The notes below the pieces were generated by a model. It was not told the origin of the DNA. It ran no database searches and was given only the letters and a program-made list of their open reading frames with translations. Shown here piece by piece: positions 33,362-43,340 of a stretch of DNA of 64,000 bases (position 1 is its first letter; each line of letters starts with the position of its first letter). Source of the DNA: Anaeromyxobacter sp. (GTDB lineage Bacteria; Myxococcota; Myxococcia; Myxococcales; Anaeromyxobacteraceae); NCBI GenBank assembly GCA_049840735.1, contig JASGJN010000020.1, forward strand, positions 768,001 through 832,000, read 5' to 3'. Position numbers and translations under genes: made by a program.

Positions 33362-33754
33362 TCAGAAGTACCGCCCCCGCGAGATGATGAAGTCGATCTC
33401 CCCGTACTGCTCCAGCCACTGAAAGCCGTCCTCCGTCGAGCCGTCCATGAACGGTTCCAGGAACCCGAGCACATGGTCGAGCGTACCCTCGGTGAGCTGC
33501 CACGTGAAGGCATTCGGCCCAGTGCACCGGATCCCGGTTCCGCCGCCCCGCTGCACACGCACCCTACACGCATCGACGGCTTCCACTCCCGGGAGCGCCG
33601 AGAGTTCCACGCCCTCCTCCGTGAGCGTGGTGAGCGTCGCCGCTAGGGCGCGAACAACCTCGGCCTCGCTGCCGTAGAGCAGCAGCGTTGGGTTCCGGTC
33701 GGGACCTGCCTCTCCCATGAACTCCAGCTTCATCCGTACCTCCACCTCGACCAT
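33362..33754 (-). CDS. Small hypothetical protein
   Basis: Acidic, globular-looking 123-130 aa ORF with GGAGG RBS before MKLEF. Confidence 0.6.
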   Translation of the reverse strand: MVEVEVRMKLEFMGEAGPDRNPTLLLYGSEAEVVRALAATLTTLTEEGVELSALPGVEAVDACRVRVQRGGGTGIRCTGPNAFTWQLTEGTLDHVLGFLEPFMDGSTEDGFQWLEQYGEIDFIISRGRYF

Positions 33755-33838
33755 GGCTCAACGTTGCAGCGCAACTCCGGTGACGATTCTCACGGTCCAG
33801 CTCCCACCGGCGTCACAACCCGCGGAAGGCCGGGGAAC

Positions 33839-34531
33839 CTACTGCGGCGACCGGATCGCGATCTTCACGGCTTCGATCTCGAGAACGTCGCCGCTCTGAA
33901 GCTCGATCTCGATCCGGCTCGCTTCGCTACCGGCGTGGATGGGGCGCGGGCCGCGCACCTCGTTCACGTATGCGCTCCCTCCCCCACCCCAGGGCTCGCG
34001 CCGGGGAGCCTTCACCAACAAGACGCCCTCTGCTGCGATGCTCACCCTTCCCGCCGCCGTCCTGAACCAGACGAGCGCTGTTCCAGCCGCAAGGTCGAGG
34101 TGCAGTTCCTCGATCACCGCGTCGTGGAGATCAGGCCCTGGCCGCCTCCATCTTGCCTGGGCAGCAGCGACCAGCTGCCGGTCTTCATCGTCGCCAGCTG
34201 ACTGCGCCAAGGCCTCTGCTCGCCGCAGGCAATCATGGGCCTCGTCGATGCGGCCAAGACGGAAGTAGACGTCAGCCAGCGCAACAAGCGTGAATGGCTC
34301 CGGACCTTCGGTGGCAATCGCCTCGTCGTAGTAGCTCGCCGCCCTCAAGAGGTTCCCGTCCTGCTCGCAGAGAAGCCCCGCGGTCTTGCCCAGCAGGGAG
34401 GTGTTTGCTGGCCTGGACGCGCTCGAACGAGTGCGCGCCAACGCTGCCTCCAGGCAAGCGACGGCTTCCCCCACCCTGCCCGCCCGAGCCAATTCAGAAG
34501 CGGCTCGAAGCGGACTGCTCTCATCTTCCAT
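33839..34531 (-). CDS. TPR-repeat protein with C-terminal LHDA-motif domain
   Basis: TPR-like helices (ALADVYFRLGRIDEAHDCLRRA), then LHDAVIEELHLD...IELQSGDVLEIEA. Confidence 0.6.
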   Translation of the reverse strand: MEDESSPLRAASELARAGRVGEAVACLEAALARTRSSASRPANTSLLGKTAGLLCEQDGNLLRAASYYDEAIATEGPEPFTLVALADVYFRLGRIDEAHDCLRRAEALAQSAGDDEDRQLVAAAQARWRRPGPDLHDAVIEELHLDLAAGTALVWFRTAAGRVSIAAEGVLLVKAPRREPWGGGGSAYVNEVRGPRPIHAGSEASRIEIELQSGDVLEIEAVKIAIRSPQ

Positions 34532-34661
34532 GGCCGAGTCCCCGCCTCGAAATCCGCGCGCAACCGTCAGCGTACCAGTGGGACCAACCTCCGCGCAGAC
34601 CCGAGGCGGCTCGCATGATAGCGCGGCCGGAGCGGATCAAGCCGCGGACCAGCATGCCCTC

Positions 34662-34727
34662 GGCGACGAGCTCGAAGGTCCACCGTCTAGGAGTCCCATT
34701 CAACGATCCGCCGGGGGGGGCAGAAGG
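34662..34727. repeat. Intergenic repeat family 2, copy 3
   Basis: GGCGACGAGCTCGAAGGTCCACCGTCTAGGAGTCCCATTCAACGATCCGCC. Confidence 0.8.
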
Positions 34728-34849
34728 AGGCGGGGGAACCGGGAGGGCACCGCGCGCCGCCGCGATGGCGATGGACTGTGCCATTCGACTCATGCTCCGC
34801 CAAGCTGGACCAGCCGCGGCGCGGGGTGCGGCAGCGCGGTCGGGGGTTC

Positions 34850-35590
34850 TTGCCCTGCTCGCCCCCGACGCCACGGCACCCCTGCATCAAAGAAGAAGGC
34901 AGGCCGCGGGTGGTCGAAGCGCCTGCTGCATCACCTTCTGCGGAACGAGCGCTACATCGGGCGGGTGATCTGGAACCGGCGCGAGTGGGTCAAGGTGAAC
35001 GACAGCAGGCGGCGCCCTCTCATCCGGGCCCGGGAGGAGTGGCATGTCCGCGATGAGCCGGCGCTGGCCATCATCGACGCCTCGACCTGGGCCAGAAACA
35101 GCGGCCTCGCGCAAGGGCCGCAGAGCAGACCGGGGAGATTCGAGCGGCTGGAGCGGCCAGGTCCATCCAGGCCCGGATCGATAAGATCACCGAGGCGCTC
35201 GCGGGGATCGGCTACTCCGAGCCGCTGGAGGCGAAGCTGAGATCCGAGGAGGCGCGCCTGCTGGACGCACGTCAGGCGCTGGCCGCCGCGAGCAGGCCCG
35301 TCGCCGCCCCTGCCGTACCCCTGGCGTACTCCAGCAGCGCCGTCCTGGCCCTGCTGGCGAACGCCGGGGCCGCGGTGGCCTCCCGCCCCCAGAAGGCCAG
35401 GGCGCTGCGCCAGGGCGTCGTCGAGGGCATCCTGATGCAGCCCACGCCCGACGGGTATGCGGTGCGCGTGAGCCTGAAAAAGCTCGACCCCTCGGCTCAA
35501 GAGAGCGGAGGGGTCGATGACTACCAGACTGGTTGCGGGGGCGCGCTCGTGACCTTGTCTGCTCCCCTGCTCTTCATGACTCACAGGTGA
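34850..35590 (+). pseudogene. Large serine recombinase remnant (catalytic domain and Zn ribbon deleted)
   Basis: GWSKRLLHHLLRNERYIGRVIWNRREW...LAIID and a coiled-coil region homologous to 56795..58462; ends GCGGALVTLSAPLLFMTHR across the att core. Confidence 0.8.
35530..35542. repeat. att core copy 2
   Basis: TGGTTGCGGGGGC; hairpin at 35484-35517 immediately to the left. Confidence 0.88.
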
Positions 35591-35754
35591 GGCGGTCAGA
35601 AACGTCCGTATTCTTGCATACCTACCGACGCTTCGCGCCTCGCCACGGGCCCTAATCCGTTCGAGCCCCTGGGCGCCCCTCATTCCCGCGCCCCCGAGCG
35701 TTGGCGATGTTACTATTTGTCTCCTGATACAGTCACCAGGCGACATTCCGAACC

Positions 35755-36393
35755 ATGGCATCGACCTCCAAGCTCGACGCACTCCTCCGGCTCGCCCGTG
35801 CCGGGCCACTCCGTGCGCGCGACCTGGAGGGGGCCGGAATCCCCAGGACATACCTGCGGCGCCTCACCGACCGCGGCCTCCTCGAGCAGCTCGACCGGGG
35901 TCTCTATGGGCTGCCCGACGCTCCGGTGACCGAGCTTCACTCCGTCGCCCAGGTGGCGAAGCGCATCCCGCACGCGACCGTCGCTCTCCTCAGCGCGCTC
36001 CAGATCCACGGCCTCACCAGTGAGGCGCCGCACGCAGTCTGGCTCCTGATCGATCGGGGTGCGCGGACCCCACGGGTCGGCCAGCCCAGGCTCGAAGTCG
36101 TCAGGGCGAGCGGCGCGGCGCGCACACATGGCATCGAGCGCCACGTGATCGAAGGGGTGAATGTGGGTATCACCACGCCGGCGAAGACAGTCGCGGACTG
36201 CTTCAGGTACCGGCGCCACGTCGGGCTCGAGGTCGCGCTCGCGGCCCTCCGGGCGTACCTGGGTCGGCCCAAGGCCACTCGGCCGGAGCGCTCCCGGCTG
36301 CAGCGAGGCTCCCCCATCGACGCCCTCATCGAGGCGGCGAAGGCCGACCGCATCTACTCCGTGCTCCGTCCCTACCTGGAGGCGCTCGCATGA
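35755..36393 (+). CDS. Type IV TA AbiEi family antitoxin
   Basis: GLLEQLDRGLY, LLSALQIHGL, TTPAKTVADCFRYRRHVGLEVALAAL. Confidence 0.88.
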   Translation: MASTSKLDALLRLARAGPLRARDLEGAGIPRTYLRRLTDRGLLEQLDRGLYGLPDAPVTELHSVAQVAKRIPHATVALLSALQIHGLTSEAPHAVWLLIDRGARTPRVGQPRLEVVRASGAARTHGIERHVIEGVNVGITTPAKTVADCFRYRRHVGLEVALAALRAYLGRPKATRPERSRLQRGSPIDALIEAAKADRIYSVLRPYLEALA

Positions 36394-37310
36394 AGCGGGA
36401 GGGTCCGAACGTTGGCGCGCGCGCCCGCGTCCAGCTGCTGCGGCTGGCGAAGGAGCGCGGGGAGGACTTCCAGCTGGTCCTCTTGCGCTACGCACACGAG
36501 CGCCTGATGTATCGCCTTGCAGCCTCCCGGCACGCAGCTGCGTTCGTTCTCAAGGGAGCTGCGCTCTTCACCGTCTGGACCGGGCATCCGCACCGGGCCA
36601 CCCGTGACCTCGACCTGCTCGGCTTCGGTGATCCCTCGCAGGAGCGGCTGCGGGCTACCTTCGTCGAGGTCGCCCATCTTCCCGTTCCCGACGACGGGGT
36701 GGAATTCGACGGAGCAGGGATCGAGGTGGGGCCCATCCGCGAGGGCGAGGAGTACGGCGGCGTCCGCGTGCACCTGGTCGCGCGCATCGTCACGGCCGTC
36801 ATCCGCCTCCAGATCGACGTCGGCTTCGGGGACGCGATCACCCCTGCCGCCGTCGAGCTCGACTTCCCTCCCCTCCTCGACTTCCCAGCCCCTCGACTGC
36901 GGGCCTATCCCCGGGAAACCGTCGTCGCCGAGAAGCTCGAGGCGATGGTGAAGCTCGGCCTCGCGAACAGCCGCCTGAAGGACTTCTACGACCTCGCGGA
37001 GCTCTCTCGACTGTTCCCCTTCGACGGCGCGCTGCTAGCCGCGGCCATCCGCGCCACGTTCGAGCGGCGCGGGACCGAGCTCCCGCGAGGTCTACCCGTA
37101 GCGCTCACCTCGGCTTTCGCGGAGGACCCGCAGAAGCAGGAGCAGTGGCGCGGCTTCGTGAGGAAGGCGGGCGTCCAGGATGCCCCCAGCCTTGGCTCGA
37201 CAGTCGCGCTTGTAGCCGCGTTTGCCGGTCCAGCGCTCGCCGCTGGCGAGGGTACTACTCGATGGGCGGCGAGCTGGCCACCGGGCGGTCCGTGGATCCC
37301 GGTTCGCTAG
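36390..37310 (+). CDS. AbiEii/AbiGii family nucleotidyltransferase toxin
   Basis: FVLKGA, RATRDLDL, QIDVGFGD, AEKLEA, NSRLKDFYD. Confidence 0.9.
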   Translation: MKREGPNVGARARVQLLRLAKERGEDFQLVLLRYAHERLMYRLAASRHAAAFVLKGAALFTVWTGHPHRATRDLDLLGFGDPSQERLRATFVEVAHLPVPDDGVEFDGAGIEVGPIREGEEYGGVRVHLVARIVTAVIRLQIDVGFGDAITPAAVELDFPPLLDFPAPRLRAYPRETVVAEKLEAMVKLGLANSRLKDFYDLAELSRLFPFDGALLAAAIRATFERRGTELPRGLPVALTSAFAEDPQKQEQWRGFVRKAGVQDAPSLGSTVALVAAFAGPALAAGEGTTRWAASWPPGGPWIPVR

Positions 37311-37382
37311 GTCCCAAGGCGTGGTCACGGGCAAGGCCACCACGCGCAAGGAGAGCTTGTCGCGTACGGTGCACAGCCACCC

Positions 37383-38216
37383 TCACCTGCTCCGGCGCGC
37401 TGGGCGGCGCTCCTCGGCGAGCGCCAAGAGGCCAGCCACCGTGCGCTGCCCTGCCTTGGCCCTGGGACGGCTGCGCGCCTGGAAGTTCCGGAGCAGTACT
37501 GCCCCAAGCGCCAGGCTGGGGTCGTCGGCCGCGCGCCGAAGCCAGGCGTCCTTGGTCTTCGCCGGCATCGCGCCCACCCACCGGCGGAAGGCCGCACGAT
37601 CGTGGTGCGTTTCCGCGCTGCGCGTCGCCGCGGCCGCCAGGAGACAGGCATCGATCCGCAGGAGCGATGCCATCGCCTCCTGGGCCGCCGTGAGCGAGCC
37701 AAGCCCCGCCGGCACAGACGGCTCTACGGCGTCGCCGTCCAGCTCACCTTCCTGGACTGCCAGCAGCCACGCCAGGTACGCCGGGCGGAGATCGCCCGCC
37801 ATCAGCTCCGCGCGCGCTCCGGACAGGACCGCAAGCTGGGCGTCCTCGTCGTCCTCGAACTCGGGGGGCTCATCCTCGCCGCTCACCAGGTCGATCACGA
37901 GGTGTCCGACGCGCGCAGTGAGCTGCGCCGCCCGGGAACCCGGGAAGTAAGGGGCGAGCACGGCACGCTTCACGCGCGCCGCCGGGAGGCGCAGCATCAG
38001 CCGGTGGGTGCCCCAGTTCGCGAAGTACAGGTGGGCGTCGAAGTACCGCTCCAGCAACTTCGCCGGATCCGCCTTGAGGTCGCCCCAGTGGTACTCGTTC
38101 CAGAAGCGCGTCGGGGTGATGGTGGCACGGCTCGAGATGCGACGCAGGGCCGTCATCTGCCGCCCGGTCAGCGGGCGGTCCAGCGCGACGAACTCGTACC
38201 ACTGGTACTCGCTCAT
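37383..38216 (-). CDS. Conserved hypothetical protein (MSEYQxYEF N-terminus)
   Basis: MSEYQWYEF..DRPL, ISSRA.IT, NEYHWGD, YFDAHLYFANWG; AGGAGG RBS. Confidence 0.75.
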   Translation of the reverse strand: MSEYQWYEFVALDRPLTGRQMTALRRISSRATITPTRFWNEYHWGDLKADPAKLLERYFDAHLYFANWGTHRLMLRLPAARVKRAVLAPYFPGSRAAQLTARVGHLVIDLVSGEDEPPEFEDDEDAQLAVLSGARAELMAGDLRPAYLAWLLAVQEGELDGDAVEPSVPAGLGSLTAAQEAMASLLRIDACLLAAAATRSAETHHDRAAFRRWVGAMPAKTKDAWLRRAADDPSLALGAVLLRNFQARSRPRAKAGQRTVAGLLALAEERRPARRSR

Positions 38217-38324
38217 GATTTCCTCCTGGCTCGGCGCGGCTCAGGCTGCGCTACGTCCGGCGCCCCGCCTTGACAGCGGACGTTGTGTGCGCTCTAGGTC
38301 TCGCACACTACACGGAGCACGTCC

Positions 38325-39740
38325 ATGCCGTTCATCCGACGCCGCGGAAACCAGCTCGTGCTCGCCCACGGGGAACGCGAACCAGGGACAGGCAAGGTCC
38401 AGCAGCGGATCCTGTTCACGCTCTACTCACGTCCCGAGGCGCTCGCTGCCATCGGCCGCACGGATCCCCATGCCCGACACCAGTTCCGCGGCCTCATCGA
38501 GGATGCCTACCCGAAGCTCCGCTTCGACTGGAAGGCTATCGAGGGCGCCATCGCCTCCCACCTCGAGGCCCTGCCGGAGTCGGTACCGAGTACCGGACGA
38601 CCCGGCTGCTCTCCCGCTTCCGAGCCGACCTGTGCGCCTTCGCGCGTCAGCTCATCGTGGCCGAGCCACACTCGCTCCTCTCCGCGAGCCAGGTCATCGA
38701 CGAACACCGGCGGGAGCTCCATCTCATCGTGAAGCTCATCCAGGACCGGCTGCAAACGCGGCCTCCCGAGCCCAACGCCTACAACCAAGACAACCCCTGG
38801 TTCTGGCGAGCGGCGTTCCGGGGCCACGACGTTCCGGCGGATATCGAGGAGCGTGCGGCCACGCATTACGAGCGTCACGAGTTCGACGACGCCGAAACAA
38901 TCTTCCGGCTGCTGGTGGACGCGTTCGACGACTACGCCGAAGGCCACAACTATTTGGGATTGATCGCATACCAGCGCTCACGGCTCGCCGATGCCGTCGG
39001 ACACTTCCGGAAGACCGTCGAGATCGGCCGCCGGCTCTTCCCGAAGCGCGTGGCCAGATCCAGCTGGTGGACCAACCTGTCCACGCGCCCCTACATGCGC
39101 GGCCTGGGCAACCTTGCGCTGGCGCTCAACGAGAGCGGCGCCTTCGCCGAGGCCCTTGAGATATGCCGGCGACTGGAAGACGAGTGCGATGACCCAATCA
39201 CCGCCAACGCCCACCGGGCCTCCGTCTGCATGAACGCGAGCCGGTGGGCTGACGCGGCGAAGGCTGCACTCCACAATCGCAACGTCAATCCGACTGAGAG
39301 TCTGGTCGCGGGCCTTGCCCAGTTCGAGCGGGGCCAGCGCGAGGACGCGATCGTCTCCCCTCCTGCACGGCGCACTGAACAGCCCTCGCGCAGCCCAGAT
39401 GCTTGCAGGTCGGCGCACCCCGTCGCCGGAGAGTTCACTGGAGGGCCGTGACCACAACAGCGGGGTCCACCTGCGCCGCACCTTGCAGTTCTACCTGGCT
39501 GCGCGACGACGGCCCGCCCTCCGCTACCTTGCAGCGCTTCTCGATGCCCCGCAGGTCTCGGCCCTCGTCGACGAAAAGCAGGAGGCCGCGCGCCGGTGGT
39601 CCTCCTCGGGGCGGGAGGGCAAGCGGTCGGATTTCGACCGAGTGGCGGAGATGCAGACGCTCGAGTTCGCCAAAGCTCAGGCCCGGGGCCTTCCACCGAG
39701 CATCGGGGCCAGGTTCACATCCCTCCGCTCGGGAGTATGA
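38325..39740 (+). CDS. TPR-containing protein (apparent frameshifts near 38590 and 39355)
   Basis: MPFIRRRGNQL... joins YAEGHNYLGLIAY/TRPYMRGLGNLA TPR segment and LLHGALNSPRAA C-terminal ORF. Confidence 0.6.
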
Positions 39741-39972
39741 CTGGACACGCCACTCACATTACTCCCGCGAAGAGCGGCCATTGCCACACCTGCGCCCTCG
39801 CGCCCGGTGCAGCGCTGCCCGCCAGACTCCCTCGGCTCGACAACATTCATGAGCGTCGTCGACTCCAGGGATGGCGTCGTGACCACGTCAGCCCGCGTCA
39901 AGTTGGGAGCCGCAACGACCATCCTCCAGAAATCAGAAACCCCGACCGCCTCGCGGCAATCGGGGTTCCAGT

Positions 39973-39985
39973 TGGTTGCGGGGGC
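39973..39985. repeat. att core copy 3 (left end of element C)
   Basis: TGGTTGCGGGGGC; hairpin at 39938-39967; left flank nearly identical to 30870-30910. Confidence 0.88.
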
Positions 39986-40464
39986 GCGCTGGTGAGGTTG
40001 TCTGCGCCGCTCAGCTTCATGCTGTGATCATCCACTGCGCCCTCTCACGATCACTTCCCCCGTCGGGGTCGACGGCGCCTCCTGGTCGTGGAGTCAGTTC
40101 GTGAGAGACGAAAACGAAGTGACGGGCGGGCGGTCACGTCATGTCGACGTGACCGCCTCTCGGGGAACGCGGCGAGTCAGGCGCGCGTTTTGGTCGTCCT
40201 GGACAGGCTTCGGGCAATCGCAGGTGCGGCCCCGCACGGCCGGCGATGTCCGCCGCTTGCGTTTGGCGTTTGTCGCGTAGCGTTCTCGTGGCACTTCGTT
40301 GTCCGTAGACCTACAGTCTCGTGGGATGCGCCGCACTCGAGCAGCCTCTGACGATGCACCGATCAGCTTCATGAGGTCCCCGCCCACAACGTCCCCACCC
40401 AGGCTAGCCGCCAGTTCGTGTCGTCGATTCTGGTAATGGCGGTTCGATATTGAGTTCGGCCGGC

Positions 40465-41223
40465 TCAAGGCCCCACCCCACTCGATGGCGCGCTCACGAC
40501 TAGGCGTCGGAACGCTTCTGTGACTCGGGCCTGAGCTTCTGCTGCTGACTCGTTCCAGATGCCCGCTAACACTGGAACGATCTGCGCAGTCTCCAAGGGA
40601 ACACAGGGCGACCGCGAACGGCGCCGAAGGGTCCATCCGACTCGGGCAGCAGCCGGTCCCTCGGCATCGCTGCCACCGCAGCACGGCCTCTCGCAGACGA
40701 AAGCATCGAGGGGTTCACCGAAAACCAGCAGCCCATCTCGGCGGCACGAGCAGATCTGCCGGTCAGTTCCCAGATACCAGTGAAGTACGAACTTGCCTGC
40801 GGATGGCTCTTCCTGGAGGACATCGAGGATCCCTCCAGCTGCGCCACGGCTATGCAACGAAACGATCCGCCCTCCGGCTGTTCGGCAGAGGCGCAGGATG
40901 TGCCTGAGAACGTCTTGCTGGCGCCCGAGATGCTGGCGATGCAGAGGGGATCCATCTAGCCCCACTTCTCCGACGTAGGCAGTCTTCACCAGTAATGCTT
41001 CAAACCGCGAGAGCTCGTGCTCGTGCGTCGCCACAAGTTCTGGGTGAAGGCCGACCGCGGTGCGGATCCGGCTCGCCGAAGGTACGAGCTGCGAAGTTCC
41101 GTGGAACGCAGAAGGAACTGTCGTGACCGACAGAACGTAGATGCGACGTGCAACGCACTCCCGCACGACCCACGCCGCGTCAGGGTAGAGATCGAGATGG
41201 CAGTGCAGGTCTACTACAACCAC
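40465..41223 (-). CDS. qatD: Qat system TatD family nuclease (compensating frameshifts in the 3' part)
   Basis: DLHCHLDLY, GLHP, GEVGLD, HSR, HWY; FSVNP...ESDGPF in the alternate frame; last gene of the qat operon. Confidence 0.85.
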   Translation of the reverse strand: MVVVDLHCHLDLYPDAAWVVRECVARRIYVLSVTTVPSAFHGTSQLVPSASRIRTAVGLHPELVATHEHELSRFEALLVKTAYVGEVGLDGSPLHRQHLGRQQDVLRHILRLCRTAGGRIVSLHSRGAAGGILDVLQEEPSAGKFVLHWYLGTDRQICSCRRDGLLVFGEPLDAFVCERPCCGGSDAEGPAAARVGWTLRRRSRSPCVPLETAQIVPVLAGIWNESAAEAQARVTEAFRRLVVSAPSSGVGP

Positions 41224-42482
41224 GCGATGGTACCCACGAACGACCGCAACTCGTTCAAGCCCCGCCGAACCACGTCGACGTATAGCGCTCGCTGAGCGGT
41301 GTCACTCGGCAGCGGCCCGGACGCGACAGTCCAGCGTTCGAGATCGCGCTGTTTCAGCGCCGCGGTAGCGAGGCGGACGGCAAGCACGTCGTCGTTGCTT
41401 CCTTCGACGGCCAGGTTCACAGCGTAGTACGGGGTCTTGTCCTTCACGGCCGCGTAATCCATCGCCGCGCGACGAATGAGGCAAGGCACGCAGCGGCCGC
41501 ACTGCTTGTTCAGCCGCTTCCCCTTCCCGCACGAGTACGACAGGTGCGCGAGCTTCCTAATCCTGTCGTCACCGCATGCCTTGAGCATCTCGCCCTTCGT
41601 CTTGCTGCCGTACGGGTTCAAGATCTTCGCTTCGATGCCGACAGCATCAAGAACCTTCTGTATGGAGCCGATGAAGTACGGATGCGTCGTTCTCGTGCTC
41701 AGGCTCCCCAGTCGGCGATACGTGAGCGGCGGGTTGATAGCGATGAGCCCGTTCTCGGGCACGTACACAGTCACGGGCGCACCGATGTCCGCGACGAGCG
41801 CGCTGGCCGCGAGCGCGCCATAAGAAATGAACAGCAGGGAGCGCGCTCTGCACGACGGCTCATATGGTGGCTTGAACCGTTCCCGCACCCGCCCCTCGAA
41901 CCGGTGCGCTCCGAGGCCGATTGCAGTCGCAAGCTCCGCCTGCACACCACCCTCCTTCGGCGACGCCTGACTGACAAGAAGAGGGGACCTGCCCTTCGCG
42001 ACGAGATCAAGCGCTCCGATGAGGCTATCCATCCCACCCGAGAACAGGCATACGCAGTCGCGGTCAGTATTCGTTTGCTTGACGTCCGGCGGTCCGATGC
42101 CGCCATCTTTGAAAGACACCCTCCAGATGTCCCCTGTCAAGAACGTGAGTGCGTCCGCCAGCGCGCGCCCATGCGCGTTCCACGGGGCTGGTTCCATGAG
42201 CTCGACCGTCAGGTCGATCTCGCGCGTCCAGCCGTCGGCCGCTTCGTTGCGCAACACGAACCGATCTGCGGCGAAGACCGAGAGCGCGAAGGACAGGAAG
42301 TCCCATGCCCGAACGCTCGGGGCACGCGGTAACTGCTTCGTCGACTTCAGCAGCCATTTGCCCAACCCAGGCAAGCGCTCCGTTCCCGTGTTGTAGAGCG
42401 CGACGGGGACACCCCCCTGTGCCTTTGCGGCCGCCTTCGCACGCGCGCGGTCGGGCCCTGCGTACACGCGGGTCAGCGCCAT
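41214..42482 (-). CDS. qatC: Qat system QueC-like protein
   Basis: LFSGGMDS, ENG..INPPL..RRLGSLSTRTTHP, TKGEM, SCGK, CGRCVPCLIRRAA. Confidence 0.9.
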   Translation of the reverse strand: MALTRVYAGPDRARAKAAAKAQGGVPVALYNTGTERLPGLGKWLLKSTKQLPRAPSVRAWDFLSFALSVFAADRFVLRNEAADGWTREIDLTVELMEPAPWNAHGRALADALTFLTGDIWRVSFKDGGIGPPDVKQTNTDRDCVCLFSGGMDSLIGALDLVAKGRSPLLVSQASPKEGGVQAELATAIGLGAHRFEGRVRERFKPPYEPSCRARSLLFISYGALAASALVADIGAPVTVYVPENGLIAINPPLTYRRLGSLSTRTTHPYFIGSIQKVLDAVGIEAKILNPYGSKTKGEMLKACGDDRIRKLAHLSYSCGKGKRLNKQCGRCVPCLIRRAAMDYAAVKDKTPYYAVNLAVEGSNDDVLAVRLATAALKQRDLERWTVASGPLPSDTAQRALYVDVVRRGLNELRSFVGTIAWL

Positions 42483-43324
42483 CTCGCCATCTCCTCTTCG
42501 ACCACCTCAACAAGCCTCCTCACCAGCGCCGTCATAGAGGCGGGAGTGAGTGAGTCGCCCCAGCTGTCCATCACCTCACCGCCAACCGCCTGCGCAGCTT
42601 CGTGGATGACCTCACGGATGTCGTTCTCACGTTGCACCGCAGCCGCGGGACTTGCGGCGCCTGCAAGTGCTCGTCCCGCATCGCCGGCCACAGCGACGAA
42701 GACGAGCTCCGCAGCCAGAGCGAGGGTTGCGATCCGAATCGCATTTGCGTCCAGTGCGGTGGGGTCGAAGACATCGACCCCCTCCAGCGCAGTCGCAAGC
42801 GCCTCCCCTACAGCGATCCGCGCCCATTCGTCGTCAAGAATGCCGGGGGGGCAAAACGCATCGACGATCCGCGACACCGCGGCGTCCGCTGGGAGCCCCA
42901 CGAGCGTTCGGACATCGACAGGGGCGCCCAGAATCGGTGGCAACCCAGCGACAGCCCGCGATACGCCGGCGAGAGCGGCGCCAGCGCGACTTGCGGCTCG
43001 AGCGACGCGCCGGCTTCCAGTGTGCGCTCCGCCGGACGCGTGCGCCCATGAGCCGAGCGCCCGCCGCGCGTCGGCTCGAGATCCCGTGCGCGCGCAATGC
43101 CGCAGCGAGATGCGAAACCCGGAGAAGCGCCGCGGCTCGGCTTCCGGGGCAGGTCCGTCCGACTCAGGTCCTTGTTCCGCCGGGCCCGGCGGTTGCGAGG
43201 CGCCTTCTCCGCCGCCCTGATCCTCACCGACATCTGGAGGCGGCATGCTGCCTCCGCCTTCCGCCCAGGGCGGCACGAGAGGCGAACCAGGCCGAGCGTC
43301 TCTCTTCGATTGCGATGTCCCCAT
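42473..43324 (-). CDS. qatB: Qat system protein QatB
   Basis: MGTSQS...PLVPPWA N-terminus; position between the ATPase and the QueC-like gene. Confidence 0.82.
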   Translation of the reverse strand: MGTSQSKRDARPGSPLVPPWAEGGGSMPPPDVGEDQGGGEGASQPPGPAEQGPESDGPAPEAEPRRFSGFRISLRHCARTGSRADARRALGSWAHASGGAHTGSRRVARAASRAGAALAGVSRAVAGLPPILGAPVDVRTLVGLPADAAVSRIVDAFCPPGILDDEWARIAVGEALATALEGVDVFDPTALDANAIRIATLALAAELVFVAVAGDAGRALAGAASPAAAVQRENDIREVIHEAAQAVGGEVMDSWGDSLTPASMTALVRRLVEVVEEEMARWR

Positions 43325-43340
43325 CTGACAACTCCACCCG

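Larger units (their letters stand above)
30918..35542. mobile_element. Integrated element A (~4.6 kb) with truncated serine recombinase
   Basis: Bounded by att cores at 30918 and 35530; recombinase remnant reads through the right att. Confidence 0.7.
35530..39985. mobile_element. Integrated element B (~4.4 kb), no intact recombinase
   Basis: Bounded by att cores at 35530 and 39973. Confidence 0.7.

Noticed and set aside
31503..34727. CRISPR repeats or classical integron attC sites
   Set aside because: Spacing is in kilobases with whole genes between copies; no RYYYAAC...GTTRRRY symmetry; no IntI gene.
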